From the human T2T-CHM13v2.0 reference genome, Homo sapiens: a stretch of DNA of 64,000 bases. The notes beneath the pieces were generated by a model. That model was not told the origin of the DNA and did no database searches. It worked only from the letters and a program-made list of their open reading frames with translations. The stretch lies in assembly GCF_009914755.1 (NCBI RefSeq), contig NC_060929.1. One strand, 5' to 3'. Of the stretch, positions 14,498 through 29,163 are shown piece by piece. Positions within the stretch are counted from its first letter, which is position 1. The number at the start of each line of letters is the position of its first letter. A program made the translations under genes and the position numbers.

Positions 14498-16812
14498 GTT
14501 GGTATAATTAAAAAAAAAAATGCTAACCCTATACTTTATTATATATGGTAAATATTAATCATCTTAAATTTAGCTATATTTGTAGATATTTGTATCATGG
14601 TTATTCTTTTATGTCAAGTTTCTTTTGTTGTAATTCCAAATACTATGCATTCTAAATGCCTCCAGAAGACACTAACTTCCCTTTTTCCCTAAACATTATT
14701 TTCTCACTCATTTGTTTATACACATATACCTCATATATACACATGTACCTCACCCATAACCATACCCTAAATCCTTTTTACTCAGATGTCACCAGAGAGC
14801 ACTCAAAGTTGTTTATATGGAGGGTGTGCCATGATTTTCAAAGACATACATTTAAACCAAAATCATTTCTTTTAAGAAACATCAATTTTTATACCATATT
14901 TATACCAGTTACCAGTGATGCGTAGGACAGCAGGCCTATAAATAAGCTACTTATTAGCACTCCCTTTGTACCCTCACCAGCACAAAATGAGCAGGAGGTG
15001 GAGCAGTTAAGGCCTAGCCTGGGTAAGTCAGACATCCTCAATCCCAAGTGTACTCTGATATTACATCTTTTCATTATTATTAAATATAGATTTGGGGGAG
15101 CAGAGACACATGACATCCTGAGGCATTAAGGAGAACAGCCTAAAGGAATTGGCACTGCCCTCTAAACTGGGGACCGTGGGACTATGGCCTATCAAAGAAA
15201 AGATAATTCTATCCCACTGACATTTTTTTACCTTTGAGCTATGATGTCACATCACAGTTCATTCAGGCCTCCAGAATAACACCAGAGAAACACCTTCTTG
15301 GGTTTGCATGACCTTAGTGAGTTTTCAGTCATTCTGATTCATGATTATGAAGAAGCAACTTTCATACTCATGAAGTCGCTGATTAAAACTTCTTTTTGAG
15401 TAGTAGATGTGCCTTATTTAAATATTCTCTCTAAAACCACTGGCAATTGCATAAAGACCACTTAACAAATCTAATAGGAATATTTTCTTTTGTTGGTGTT
15501 GGAGCTAGAGGCTAACATACTATTCTTTAGGTAAAACATATTCTTTTTTATTGATTTTTTATCATATAGAGCTATGTTTAGCTAAGCATTATTTGATCGA
15601 CAGTATTATCTGAATCAGTATAATACAAAGCAATATGAAGCAGTATTTCATATATTTCTACATTTCTGGATTAAAGGTCTTGTTCATGGAATGGGGAAGG
15701 GGATTGGGTAGTACTGATCAATGTGATATAGTTCTCAGGAATTCATAGAGAGCCAACATCTCTGAGCAGAGCAGCAGGGACTGAAGATACTAATGAACAA
15801 AGTATTAGTCTTTGTTAAGGGATGGGGGATTCACAAAGGCAGTCAGTGCACTTTCAAGCTAATCTGACTCTAGCAATGGTTTTAAAGTTCTACTTCTACC
15901 TAAGAACTGATAAAAAGAAGTTAGAAGGAGTGACCCTGGTTTTTTGAAGACATGGATATACTGAGATTGCTTTTACAACGTGTAACCTACAGAAGCAGGA
16001 GACTGAAAATTAGCAGGCCATGGGAATAAGAACCATGATAGTGACTTGTATGTTCCATCCCTTCTAAGGATGGTGTCAAAGGAGATTTGGGCTTCAGAGA
16101 TGTTGCAGAATTTCCTCACTGCCAATGGACCTCAGTCCAACATGGTCCAATATGAGCTGAAGGCACCCAAACAATTGCTCTACAACGGGAACTTTCCAAT
16201 CAAGTTCCCCTTCTAAAGCAGTTTACCCTGGAAAAATGTTACCATTACCCTGGAAAAATATTAATAAAGTATAGCCTTAATTTAATCCGGACCTTTTTAG
16301 TCAGCCTGTCGGTATTTTCAGATGCCAGTAAAATTAACATGCATGTATCACATTCTGTCTAAGCTCAAACTGAAAAGTGATTTAAGCTTTATTTTACAAA
16401 TGTTATCTGGTTGTAATTTTATACTCATGAAGCAATTGCTTGAAAACTCCTTCTTAAGGGTGTTCCATGCCTTAGATTATGAAAAATCTAAATTTCTAGC
16501 CCTTTGTCACTGCATGTTTGTATTGTTGCTCAGAAACAAAATTAGACTCATTTTTTAAAAATCATCATCTAAGTAGATCTCAAATTCTTTTTTTCCAAAT
16601 TTATCCCAACTTGTAAGTTCTGAATTGCCTCCTCCCTTTGAAAAATGTTGTGAGTAGAGTTCTTTGGCAAACAGTTTTTAGAAAATGTCTTGATTGGTTT
16701 AGCCCCTTGTTCTTCCATAGTCTTCCAGCCTAGATCATTGAGGGCAATAAATAAGCCCATCTCATAAACCCAGATGTGAATGCAAATATTCAAAATTAAA
16801 AGCTCATTTTGT

Positions 16813-17411
<599 letters not shown>

Positions 17412-18119
17412 AGCTCATTTGCTTCCTTCAAGCTGGCAGTACTTACATAAAGCCCATCTCTTTGAGAATATGTGAGGCATTTTCAAGAAGTAGATGTTCA
17501 AGTGAGTGTGAGTTCCTAGGGAAGGGGGAAGTCAGATCATTTTACCATGGCTGTGCGTGACTCTATTTTCAGGGATTGAAGTGATGTGATCCATTTTCCT
17601 TTGAGATCAAACTTGGTTGGAGAGGTATAACATAAATTATCATGAACTTCTCTGTTCTTTGTGCCATTTGATACATTCTTATAGCACATTGTATTGAAAA
17701 GAACCCACATTTGGAATCAGATTGGCTTGAATTCCATCTTTGTAACTTCTTATGTAGGACATGCACCTCTCTAAATAAATTTCTTTATTTCTCATAATAT
17801 TGACTATGTATGATCATAATTAAATTAAATTCTATCTGGTAAATAGGTATCAATAATGGTAGCTTCTATAGTTACTGTTGTTGTTATTCTTTGTTGAACC
17901 AGAAAAGTATTTAGAATTCTTTTATGTCACCCATCCTGATTTCATGAAACAAGTGAGGAGGCGAATGAAATTTTTATTCATCACTGGGCATTTTGCATAT
18001 ATTATCTCACTTAATCCACAGAAAATCCTGAGAAGCAGACGAGGCTATCTCCAATTTATAAATCAAAAAACTGAGGCCTAGAACGGATAGCTTACAAGGG
18101 GGAGTAGGTCATGTAGATA

Positions 18120-18347
18120 CAGGTTGAGAATCCCCTATCCAAAATGCTTGGGACCAGAAGTGTTTTGGATTTCAGATTTTTGCAATATCTGCCAACATAT
18201 AACTGGCTGAGCATTCCTAATCCAAAAATCCAAAATCTGAAATGCTCCAATGAGCATTTCCTTTGACCATCAATATCAGCATTCAAAAACTTTTAGATTT
18301 TGGAATAGTTTGGATTTATGATTTTCAGATTAAGGATGCTCAACCTG
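18120..18347. mobile_element. Tigger4a/MER46A-like MITE inserted in a MIR
   Basis: TIRs caggttgagaatcc.../...ggatgctcaacctg, TA on both sides (18118-18119, 18348-18349); MIR fragments on both flanks. Confidence 0.85.
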
Positions 18348-18820
18348 TAGTAACAGAACTGAGCCAAGAATTCAGGTCCCAGATTTTCTATCCAGTGATG
18401 GTCCTATTATACCAGTGCTTTTTAACATGCACCTAGAGACAGAGGAGAGTAGGGCATGTGGAAGTTAGCCCAAAGTGGATGACCACAAGCTTGAAATTTC
18501 TTTAGAGCCTTGTGCTTATCTTTAAAATGAATACATATTTTGCATTCTATTTCCATGTCTGAAGATAAACGTTTCCCACCAAGATCTTCAGTCCAATTGA
18601 TGATTAAGATTTATCCTCTGGCTTAGTAAGCCCCACTTTGAGGAGCTCAGTGATACATCCCTGCCACTCTGTAAGACTGGCTTTTTTTCATGGAGGCTGG
18701 AGAGCTTGCTGCTGGTTTTGATTTCTGTTTACCTTTTTTTTCTTTTTTCCTTAAATGTGAAGATTTGAAGTGCTGTTCTGTCAAGTCTGAACTGGCATTA
18801 ACTTGCTGATTCTGTTTCAG

Positions 18821-18916
18821 ATCTCTATTCCAGCTTTCTCGGTAACCCTAATAAAGAAAACCAAAACTGCTCTTCTAGTGCCAAACGCCCTGATCATAGC
18901 AACAGTCACAGACAGG
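18821..18916 (+). CDS. GRAMD2B: GRAMD2B exon 6 (ISIPAFSVTLIKKTKTALLVPNALIIATVTDR)
   Basis: Acceptor tgtttcag|ATC, donor AGG|gtgagt; 96 nt, phase 0-0; KTA.L.PNA GRAM motif. Confidence 0.96.
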
Positions 18917-19291
18917 GTGAGTATGCAGCCGAGCGAGGGCATCTTTGCTTTGTCCTCCTGCTCTGGGCTCTGCTGCCTAAGGGGTCTCTTGCCAAGGACC
19001 AAGACTCCAAACCATAAATATCATCTCCTGTGGTGAATCAGGAAAATTCCATAAGACTAATTTTAAAAATTATAGCCTGTAGACATTCATGTAGTGCTGT
19101 TTCCCTTCACAAGGTGATTTATTCTCATAGAAGTGTTGCCAATTTTGAATTTCCTGCTGACTTAATTATACTTGCCTGACCAAGGTCAAAAAAATAAAAT
19201 TCTTTCTCAACTTCTGCTAGGTCAGGCTAAACTGATACATTCAGTTCCTTTAATAATAGTCTTAAAGGGAAAAAAAAAAAAAAAAAAAAGG

Positions 19292-19995
<704 letters not shown>

Positions 19996-20334
19996 TCAAT
20001 CAATACCTCCCTAGAGCCATTCCAGATAAATAAAACTTGCACCTGCTCTGCAACTGCAGGTACAGGATCAGTTTTTAGACCTGCTTTACTAACAGCTTGC
20101 CTAAACTACCTTCTATATAGAAATTCCAGAGCTGAATTGACTATTGGGCTACCACAGACATGCACAATCAGAAAAATTTACATTAAAGTGGTGTCTATTT
20201 CAGCTTGGCAAGAAAGAGGGAGTGGAGTGGTCTGGTTACTTTTCACATGAATTTTTTTAATCTTTCATGAATTATTTCTATGAAAGCATAAACTCTACAT
20301 TCTATAGATTTCATTTCTCCTTTTTCCTTTTTTA

Positions 20335-20469
20335 TTTTTTCTTTTTTCAATAGAGATGGGGTCTTGCTATGTTGCCAAGAGCTGGTCTCAAATTCCTGGG
20401 CTCAAGTGATCCTCTTACCTCAGCCTCCCAAAGTGCTGGGATGACAGGCATGAACCACCATGACTGGCT
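20335..20469 (-). mobile_element. Alu monomer (FLAM-like)
   Basis: Single antisense arm; TSD tatagatttc. Confidence 0.8.
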
Positions 20470-21585
20470 ATAGATTTCCTTTCTAACCATACTAGAAAAC
20501 TTGTAGAGAGGAGAAGAAAGAAGGAAAGATAAAAGAGACCATTCTGATAAGCTAGAAAATATGTTAATATCTATTTGGGGATTTTTTAGAAATACTAATA
20601 GCCAACAGGCATCAGTATTTCCTCCTTGTCAGGCCATGCACTAATGCTTTTTTTATATTTTCTTGCTACCACCCTGTAATGGATAACTGTTATTAAGAAA
20701 ACTGAAAGTTAGAGGGGTTAAGCAATTTTCCCAATGTCACCCACTTAGTAAGTGTAAGAGCCAGAATTTGCAACTGGATCTGCCTGATGCCAGAACCCAC
20801 AATATTAATTACTTTGGAATATAGTACTTGCTCGGAAATAATTCAAGTTCCCTCATTGGTGAATGAGAAGGATAATCACAAACTCATGGAAAGGAGGTCT
20901 GAAAACATTCTATGGCATAAATAGATGGAAAAAAAGTAAATTTTTATATTTTCTGAACATATTGTTTATGGTAAAATCATTTTTCCTCATGTCATTTGTC
21001 TTCACATGATTTGTCTAGCTTTGATTTTACTCCTTTCCCGTGGCTCACTTATAAGTCTCCACTAGAAAATCTCCATATTTGTACAAGGAAGAATCTGGAA
21101 GTGGCAAGAAAGAGAGCTAGCCTATTAGAGCCACTGGGAAGTTTTCAGTGGAAATCTAGGTCAGAGCAGAGAAGGCGGACCCTCGGGAATTGTTAAATAC
21201 CCTTAAAAACAAAAACAGAGGGAGAGAGATTTTAAAGGGGATCTAGTGAATGTCACCAGCCTTTTCTTAATGTCCAGGCCTTTTCTTCTCTGGGCTTGTT
21301 TGAGGCACCAGTGACAGGCTTTTGGAGCCTTCATTTTGCCCTACATGTATTTATTACTCTTAAATTGGGTTTGAAGATTTTGTTGCTTTTATGGGAGAAT
21401 GTTTGCTTTATTACAGGAATGGAATAAAAATGGAATGTTTGAGTGAGAGGAATGAGAATATAGATCAAAGAGAGGTCCATGTTGTTTGAAAATGCAAAAG
21501 CTGTATACAGATACTTTTCTGAACTCTCAACTCTCACTTCTCATCCGGCAATATCTATTCATAATTATCCTGTTTTGTTTTTCAG

Positions 21586-21657
21586 TACATATTTGTCTCC
21601 TTACTCTCCAGAGATTCAACTTACAAACTACTAAAATCTGTGTGTGGACACTTAGAA
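21586..21657 (+). CDS. GRAMD2B: GRAMD2B exon 7 (YIFVSLLSRDSTYKLLKSVCGHLE)
   Basis: Acceptor tttttcag|TAC, donor GAA|gtgagt; 72 nt; F.S..SRD..Y C-terminal helix of the GRAM/PH fold. Confidence 0.95.
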
Positions 21658-21756
21658 GTGAGTATGATGTCCCTGAGCCTCAATTACTGTCTCTCTTCTG
21701 TATTTCTTATGGTTTCATAGTTAATCTGGCTTTTCGTTTTGTTCCAATAATTTCAG

Positions 21757-21837
21757 AATACAAGTGTTGGTAACAGTCCCAATCCATCTTCTGCTGAAAA
21801 CAGTTTCCGAGCAGACCGCCCTTCATCTCTGCCTCTG
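21757..21837 (+). CDS. GRAMD2B: GRAMD2B exon 8 (NTSVGNSPNPSSAENSFRADRPSSLPL)
   Basis: Acceptor atttcag|AAT, donor CTG|gtaagt; 81 nt, phase 0-0. Confidence 0.92.
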
Positions 21838-22321
21838 GTAAGTTGCCCACATAACTATCTAAATGCAAAAGAAAGGGAATATGTCCCACAATTACACTTG
21901 TGCTTACACCATGACCAGGGTGTGGGAAGAGCTTAGGACCAAAATATTTGAGGTACAGTTGAAGAAACAGGGCATATCTTCCTTGAAGAAGAGGAAACCA
22001 TAGTAGCCATAAACTTTTTCCAAGTAATTGAAGAGTTGTCCTGCAAAAAGAAAGAAACACCTAGTAGACTATCTTGGTGAGTTACTGGTCAGTGAATGCA
22101 TTCATAAAATCTTGCTCTGTTTGCTTGTCAATATTGGCTTAGAGGGATTCACAAATCTATTTGAGGTAGGACTGAATCATCCCACAAATCCTTAAATGTC
22201 TTCTGTGTTCAAGGCACCATGCTAGTGCACACTGTAGGATACCAGGAAAAATTAAAACTAATTTATGCCTTCAGAGACTTCACAACTTAGAAGAGAAATG
22301 AATATGCTCAGAATTAACTGT

Positions 22322-22334
22322 AAAAAAAAAAAAA

Positions 22335-22366
<32 letters not shown>

Positions 22367-22384
22367 AAAGAAAAAAAAAGAAAG
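22322..22384 (+). repeat. A-run plus (GAAA)n microsatellite
   Basis: A15 followed by ~8 GAAA units and more A-rich sequence. Confidence 0.9.
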
Positions 22385-22644
22385 CTATAATGCCCAAGTG
22401 ACAGGTAAAGATTGATTCATTCCCTTAGACTTTGTAAACCGTAGAGTAAATCTCCAGTGGGAAGTAGCTCCCTCTGTGTAAGATTTGTACCCATAATGGT
22501 TATAATGTTTTCCCAAGAGAGTTCCAACCATACCATTCAAATGATTATAAATATTCTACATTAGTGAAGCAATATGAGCCCATGGTTTCAACAACTCCCA
22601 CAAATCTTTTTTTTGAGAACAGTTTAAAAGTAATGGGATTGAAA

Positions 22645-23470
<826 letters not shown>

Positions 23471-23504
23471 AATCTACCTTGAAAAACAGTGGTGGGAAGC
23501 AGTA

Positions 23505-23725
23505 CAGAATATAATGTAACACACTTGATTTGGAATCCAAGAAACCTGGTTTTAAATCTGGGCTCCACCCAGCTATGTTATAGCATCAGGCAAGCTTTAA
23601 CTGCTTTGACTCAGTTTCTTCATCCATTAAAATGCCAGCTTCATGATGTGGCTGTGAAGATTAAATGCAATCATGTATGTAAGGAGCTTTGCATACTGCC
23701 TGATATGAGATAGGCATTCAAGAAA
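23505..23725 (+). mobile_element. MIR
   Basis: ctcagtttcttcatc...gctgtgaagattaaatg MIR core. Confidence 0.7.
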
Positions 23726-24580
23726 TCATTACATTGAAGAAATTTTCAATTTTCCTTCTCCTATAAATCCTTGTATGAAATCGAAATGAGTGTTGAGATG
23801 AACAAAAGACAGCTAGTTCAAGGTGAAAGGTTGGTAATTTGCTTACAAGATGAGTCTCTTCTTCATTTGGCAGCTGACTAAATTGTTAAAAGCTCAGCCT
23901 AATTGTACCTTTGCCAGGACATTTTAATGACACCATTTGTCTCTTCAGTTCTTAAGCACTTTGGGGAACCAGTAGAATACAAAGTAGAATGTCTGTGCTT
24001 TTTACCTTACTCCTACATCATCTTTCTAAAATTTAAATGTACTATCACTAACCCTGTTTTGATTTAGTTGAGGGGAGAAAAAAAGCTTAAACTTTACTTT
24101 CAGGGTCTAATTGGCTAAAGCCACTTTTCCTTTTCTGTTTCCAATACTTTTTTAAAAAAATTATAAGTTAGTAATATCTTTCTCTCTGTCTACATATTTG
24201 AACTTGGATTTAAAGCTTTCTATTTTTTTCTCTTATATATGTCTGTAGTAATCAGGTTTTCTCATTACGAAGTGCTAATGAAACCTTCAGCTTCACACTG
24301 GAAGCTTCTCAATTATTGGCATTCTGGGTGTTTTCCTAGACATTTGTTGTTTCGAACGAGTTGGCCAGTGTTTGTTGACAGAATTTTAACTGCCTGAAAA
24401 ATCTGTTTCAGTAACCAGATACTCAGTCATCTGTTGGGAAAATCCCAGTCGTATGGAGTAATCCTTCCTTCTATTCTATGTTTTATAGGTCAGGCCTAGG
24501 TGAAAGGGCTGGGAGTTACAAAGGCCTGCCTGTTTACTAAGGGAATATCAGCCTGTCTTCATTTCACTGTTTCCTTTCAG

Positions 24581-24692
24581 GATTTCAATGATGAATTCTC
24601 AGATCTGGATGGAGTGGTTCAACAAAGAAGGCAAGACATGGAAGGATATAGCAGTTCTGGTTCTCAAACTCCTGAATCTGAGAACTCTCGAG
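24581..24692 (+). CDS. GRAMD2B: GRAMD2B exon 9 (DFNDEFSDLDGVVQQRRQDMEGYSSSGSQTPESENSR)
   Basis: Acceptor ttcctttcag|GAT, weak donor G|gtttgg; 112 nt; visible in ORF 24500..24727. Confidence 0.92.
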
Positions 24693-24967
24693 GTTTGGGA
24701 AATTGTTGTATTTTGACTAAAATTTAATTCCCCTCAAAACATCCTCACCCCACCCCCTTAAAAAAAAAAAGAAAAGAAAAGAAAGAAAAAAACCCACATT
24801 GTCTTCCTAGTTAAAAATCAGGAATGGAATCTGGAGAAAGGATGCCTTGAGAGTTGGAGGGAAAAGAATTGCCTATGTGGTAAAAATTCATTTGCTTTTA
24901 TGCACATTTAACAGAGGTCTTTTAAATAGACCTAACGTTGGGGTGGTTGAGAGAAAAAAACATACAA

Positions 24968-25244
24968 TTTTGTTTTTGTTTTTGTTTTTGAGGCTGGAGT
25001 GCAATGGCACAATCTCGGCTCCTGCAACCTCCACCCCCCGGGTTCAAGCAATTCTCCTGTCTCAGCCTCCTGAGTAGCTGGGATTACAGGCATGCGCCAT
25101 CAAGCCCGGCTAATTTTTGTTATTTTTAGTAGAGACGGGGTTTCACCATGTTGGTCAGGCTGGTCTCAAACTCCTGACCTCGTGATCCACCCACTTTGGC
25201 CTCCCAAAGTGCTGGGATTACAGGCGTGAGCCACCGCACCGGCC
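24968..25244 (-). mobile_element. AluS (intron 9)
   Basis: Antisense dimer with (TTTTTG)n tail. Confidence 0.9.
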
Positions 25245-25519
25245 TATTTTCTTCCCTCTTATTTCAATAATATTTTTAATTGTTACAGCTGAATTATCCA
25301 TGTGAGTTGGTTGGAAAATGAAAGACTATCCTTATATCACTTTATTACTTATTTGCTTAAGCATTCAATTTCAGCCCCAGCCACCACAACTAACTTGTGA
25401 GACCATCCATTCACATTCTTGACCATTATGCATGTTAAGGGATTGATTTACTTGGAGATTAATCCTGTTTTTAAATACATTGGAGAGAACACTTACCCAG
25501 CTCTGTTTTGGCTTAGTAG

Positions 25520-25642
25520 ATTTCCATGCGACAGAATCCCAAACAGTTCTGAATGTCTCCAAGGGAGAAGCAAAGCCAACTCGGGCAGATGCCCATGTGA
25601 ACAGAGTACCTGAAGGAAAAGCCAAGAGTCTCCCTGTACAGG
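25520..25642 (+). CDS. GRAMD2B: GRAMD2B exon 10 (DFHATESQTVLNVSKGEAKPTRADAHVNRVPEGKAKSLPVQ)
   Basis: Tandem acceptor tagtag|AT (alternative start 25517), donor G|gtaagg; 123 nt, phase 1-1. Confidence 0.9.
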
Positions 25643-25702
25643 GTAAGGAATGGATGTCTCAGGGGGGTGGGTTTAGAAGGATTGGAGATGTCTGTTTGTA
25701 AC

Positions 25703-26001
<299 letters not shown>

Positions 26002-26209
26002 TATTTGTAACTGGGTTTCACCTTATGACTGCTTTTCATATTCCCTTTCCTCCCTTTGTATTATAGGTCTTTGCATATTAATTCACTTATTCTTTTAGCA
26101 AACAGTACCCAGTTCCGTGCTTACAGTGGGGGATACAAAAGTGAATAGCCTTCATGGAGGTCACTTCATGATTCTGAATACATGAGATTATCTTTCAAAA
26201 ATTTCTGTT

Positions 26210-26475
26210 ACTGTAACCCCAGCACTTTGGGAGTCTGCGGTGGGAGGATTGCTTGAGTCCAAGGAGTTCAAGACCAGCCTGGGCAACATAGTGAGACCCT
26301 ATCTCTACAAAAAAGTTAAAAATCAGCTGGGTGTGGTACATGTTTGTAGTTCCAGCTACTTGGGAGGCTGAGGCAGGAGGATTGCTTGAGCCCAGGAGGT
26401 CAAGGCTGCAATGAGCTGTGATCACGCCACTGTCACCTGGGCAACAGAGTGAGACTATCTCAAAAAAATAAAAAA
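26210..26475 (+). mobile_element. AluJ-like, 5'-truncated
   Basis: J-type aggaggtcaaggctgca right arm. Confidence 0.85.
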
Positions 26476-26803
26476 TTTTCCAGTAAAACTCAAATTTCTT
26501 ATTTACTAATTATTCTAATAACTAGCTATACTGGTAAGGGAGCAAGGATATTGTTATATTGTCCATCATTGATTCCAGTACAATGCTTGACACAAAGAAG
26601 GCTGTGGATAGGTATGTAATCAATGGAATGTGTTGGAAGGAATTGTAACCACTGGTTAAAATGACAACTGGGAGACTTGATATTTTCTCTGATTTCTTTT
26701 ACCTGGGAACAATTACCTCTCTCAAGTACCCCATAGGGATATTGCTGGATAAAAGAAGTGTGTTATGGTTTTAAACAGTTGTTTTTTGTTTTCCTCCCAA
26801 CAG

Positions 26804-26891
26804 GTCTGTCAGAAACTGTTGGAATCTTACATAAAGTCAAGTCTCAGAAATGTCCGATGCTTCACCATATTCTTATATTCTATGCAATTGT
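26804..26891 (+). CDS. GRAMD2B: GRAMD2B exon 11 (GLSETVGILHKVKSQKCPMLHHILIFYAIV), first half of TM helix
   Basis: Acceptor cccaacag|GT, donor GT|gtaagt; 88 nt. Confidence 0.92.
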
Positions 26892-27182
26892 GTAAGTACA
26901 TGAATTTACTGTGAGTGACTAAGAAAATGATTCCATTCGCTAAAGGAATAATCTCTTCACACTGCCAAGACCTACTGTAAATCTCAATTGTCTGAAATGT
27001 GACCTACATCTTTACTTTGACAATTTCTGTCTCCTACTTCAGGTTTTTTTCCTTAGGCTTAGGTCACATTTTCATGGTTGTGCCAAACCCTGCAGAGGAC
27101 TAAGTTCTGAGTGGGTACCATTAGTTGGGAAATTGCTCTGTGAATTATGAAGCATCTTTACCCTTGTTATTTTTTTTACCTT

Positions 27183-27430
27183 ATTTTTTTAATTGACATA
27201 TAATCATTGTAGGTATTTATGGACTACATAGTGATGTTTTGATACATATAATGTATACTGATCAGATCCGGGTAATTAGCATATCCATCACCCTTATCAT
27301 CTCTTTGTGTTGAGAACATTCAATATCCTTCTTTTAGCTATTTGAAACTCTATCATTGTTAACTTTAGTCATTCTACAGTGATATTCAACACCAGAACCT
27401 ATTCCTTCTATCTAGCTATAATTTTGTTTT
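27183..27430 (-). mobile_element. L1MA-like 3' end fragment
   Basis: Antisense L1 3' terminus (ttttaattgacatataat...gtgatgttttgatacat). Confidence 0.75.
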
Positions 27431-27990
27431 GCCATCTGTCCCATGTCCCCTGAACAGGGGCCAACACAACTTGAAAATGTTGTCCTCATCCCCTTTACCA
27501 AAAATGTAGGCATAGACTTTTTTAACTTCTAGCGTGTAACCAATTGTTCTTCTGAAAATAGCCTGACCCAGTTCTAGGCTGTTCCTCCCAACCAAGGAAA
27601 ATATGCCCAGTCTGGTTTCCAGATAAAGGAGGGAGTCACCAGAGAACATGGCTAAGATCTGCCCAGGCTCTTCTGGCAGAGGACGGTAGTACCGCAGGGA
27701 GGAGGAACACTGGCTTGGTACTCCAACTTGGGTCTGGCTCTGACCAGTGCTATTAGAAGGGCCATTATTTGCAAATTAAGGGACTTGGGCTAGAGGATTT
27801 TAAGTCTCTTCTAGCTGTAAGTTTTATAACAAGCATCAGCCTGTTTAAAAAGGATGTTTTTAAAATCTTTTTACCAAGTTATTTTGGAAAATACCTTGCC
27901 TCGGGTGTACCACATTGGCACTGAGTTGTTTTATGAACATCAGATCCTGGCCGTTAACCTAACGAAAGTTTCTCTTTCATCCGTTTCCAG

Positions 27991-28095
27991 TGTCTGTGCA
28001 CTAATCATCTCGACCTTCTACATGAGATACAGAATTAATACTCTGGAGGAGCAGCTGGGGTTACTAACCTCCATTGTGGACACCCATAATACTGA
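27991..28095 (+). CDS. GRAMD2B: GRAMD2B exon 12 (VCALIISTFYMRYRINTLEEQLGLLTSIVDTHNTE), second half of TM helix
   Basis: Acceptor cgtttccag|T, donor GA|gtaaga; 105 nt; hydrophobic ILIFYAIVVCALIISTFYM spans exons 11-12. Confidence 0.94.
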
Positions 28096-28980
28096 GTAAG
28101 ACGATTGCCTCTAGCTGTCATCTGCTTGCCATTCTGCTTAATATAATAATTGACCTGAACTTAGCATCCTTCTTAGTAAACATTAATTGGAGATACATTC
28201 TGTATGTGACATTTTGTTAAGTGTATATGTGGAAAGTAAAAAGGTAGGAGGGTCTAGAAATGAATGACCTAACCCTGTACTATTTTGGAGTTGTGGTAAT
28301 GTTGCTAGTAATAAGGCAAGAAACAAGCCTAATTTTACATTATCTTGCTCGAATATGCTAAGATGCAGTTGTGACCTTGCCCCATTTATTAAACTACACA
28401 AGTTTACCTTAGTAAAATGGCAATAAATCAAGACACTCAGAGAAAGAAGCAATTCAAGAAACTCAGCACATTTTATCATGTATAACTTTTTATATTAACT
28501 CACTTATTTGCAAAACTCTTGACCACTGTCAAGATCAATGTGACTAGTAATTAATTGAATGTGTCTGTGAAGATTTTCCATCAGTCTTTTTTTTAACATG
28601 CCTGGCCTAATTAAACCTTTTCAGACATAGAGCTCTTTTCTTTAAACCTATTTACAAGAAGCTTTTGACACATTGCCTAAAAAGTGAAATAATTTATGCC
28701 ATGTTAGAAAGTGTACATTTAGCCCAAGTTTTTGAAGTAGAGATATTTCCTGACAGAGTATTCACCACATGCTGAAGGCTCTATTAGAATGGATACATAC
28801 ACATACAAATACAGATGATTTTTCCTCATTATATTTTCACCATAACCTTAGAATAGAACTGTTCCCATTTTACAGATGAAGAAACTGAGACTCAGAGTAA
28901 TAATTAGTTTAATGTCTTACAGTTTGCAGATTCAGCTGCAGGTCTATATAACTACAAAGACCATGGGCTCCTCAGTCTAC

Positions 28981-29163
28981 CAGTGGCTCTCAAATTTTAA
29001 TTTGCATCAAAATTATCTAGAATTGTTTAAACAGATTTCAGGGCTCATCTCCAGAGTGCCTGATATAGTAGGTCTGGGATGAGGCCTGAGAATTTGCATT
29101 TCCAGCAAGTTCCCAGGTGGTGCTGATGGCAATGGTCTGAGCTCTATACTTTGAGAAATACTG
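28981..29163. mobile_element. MER5A (hAT-Charlie MITE) next to a MIR (~28820-28970)
   Basis: TIRs cagtggctctcaaa/tttgagaaatactg; internal gtaggtctgggatgaggcctgagaatttgcattt. Confidence 0.85.
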
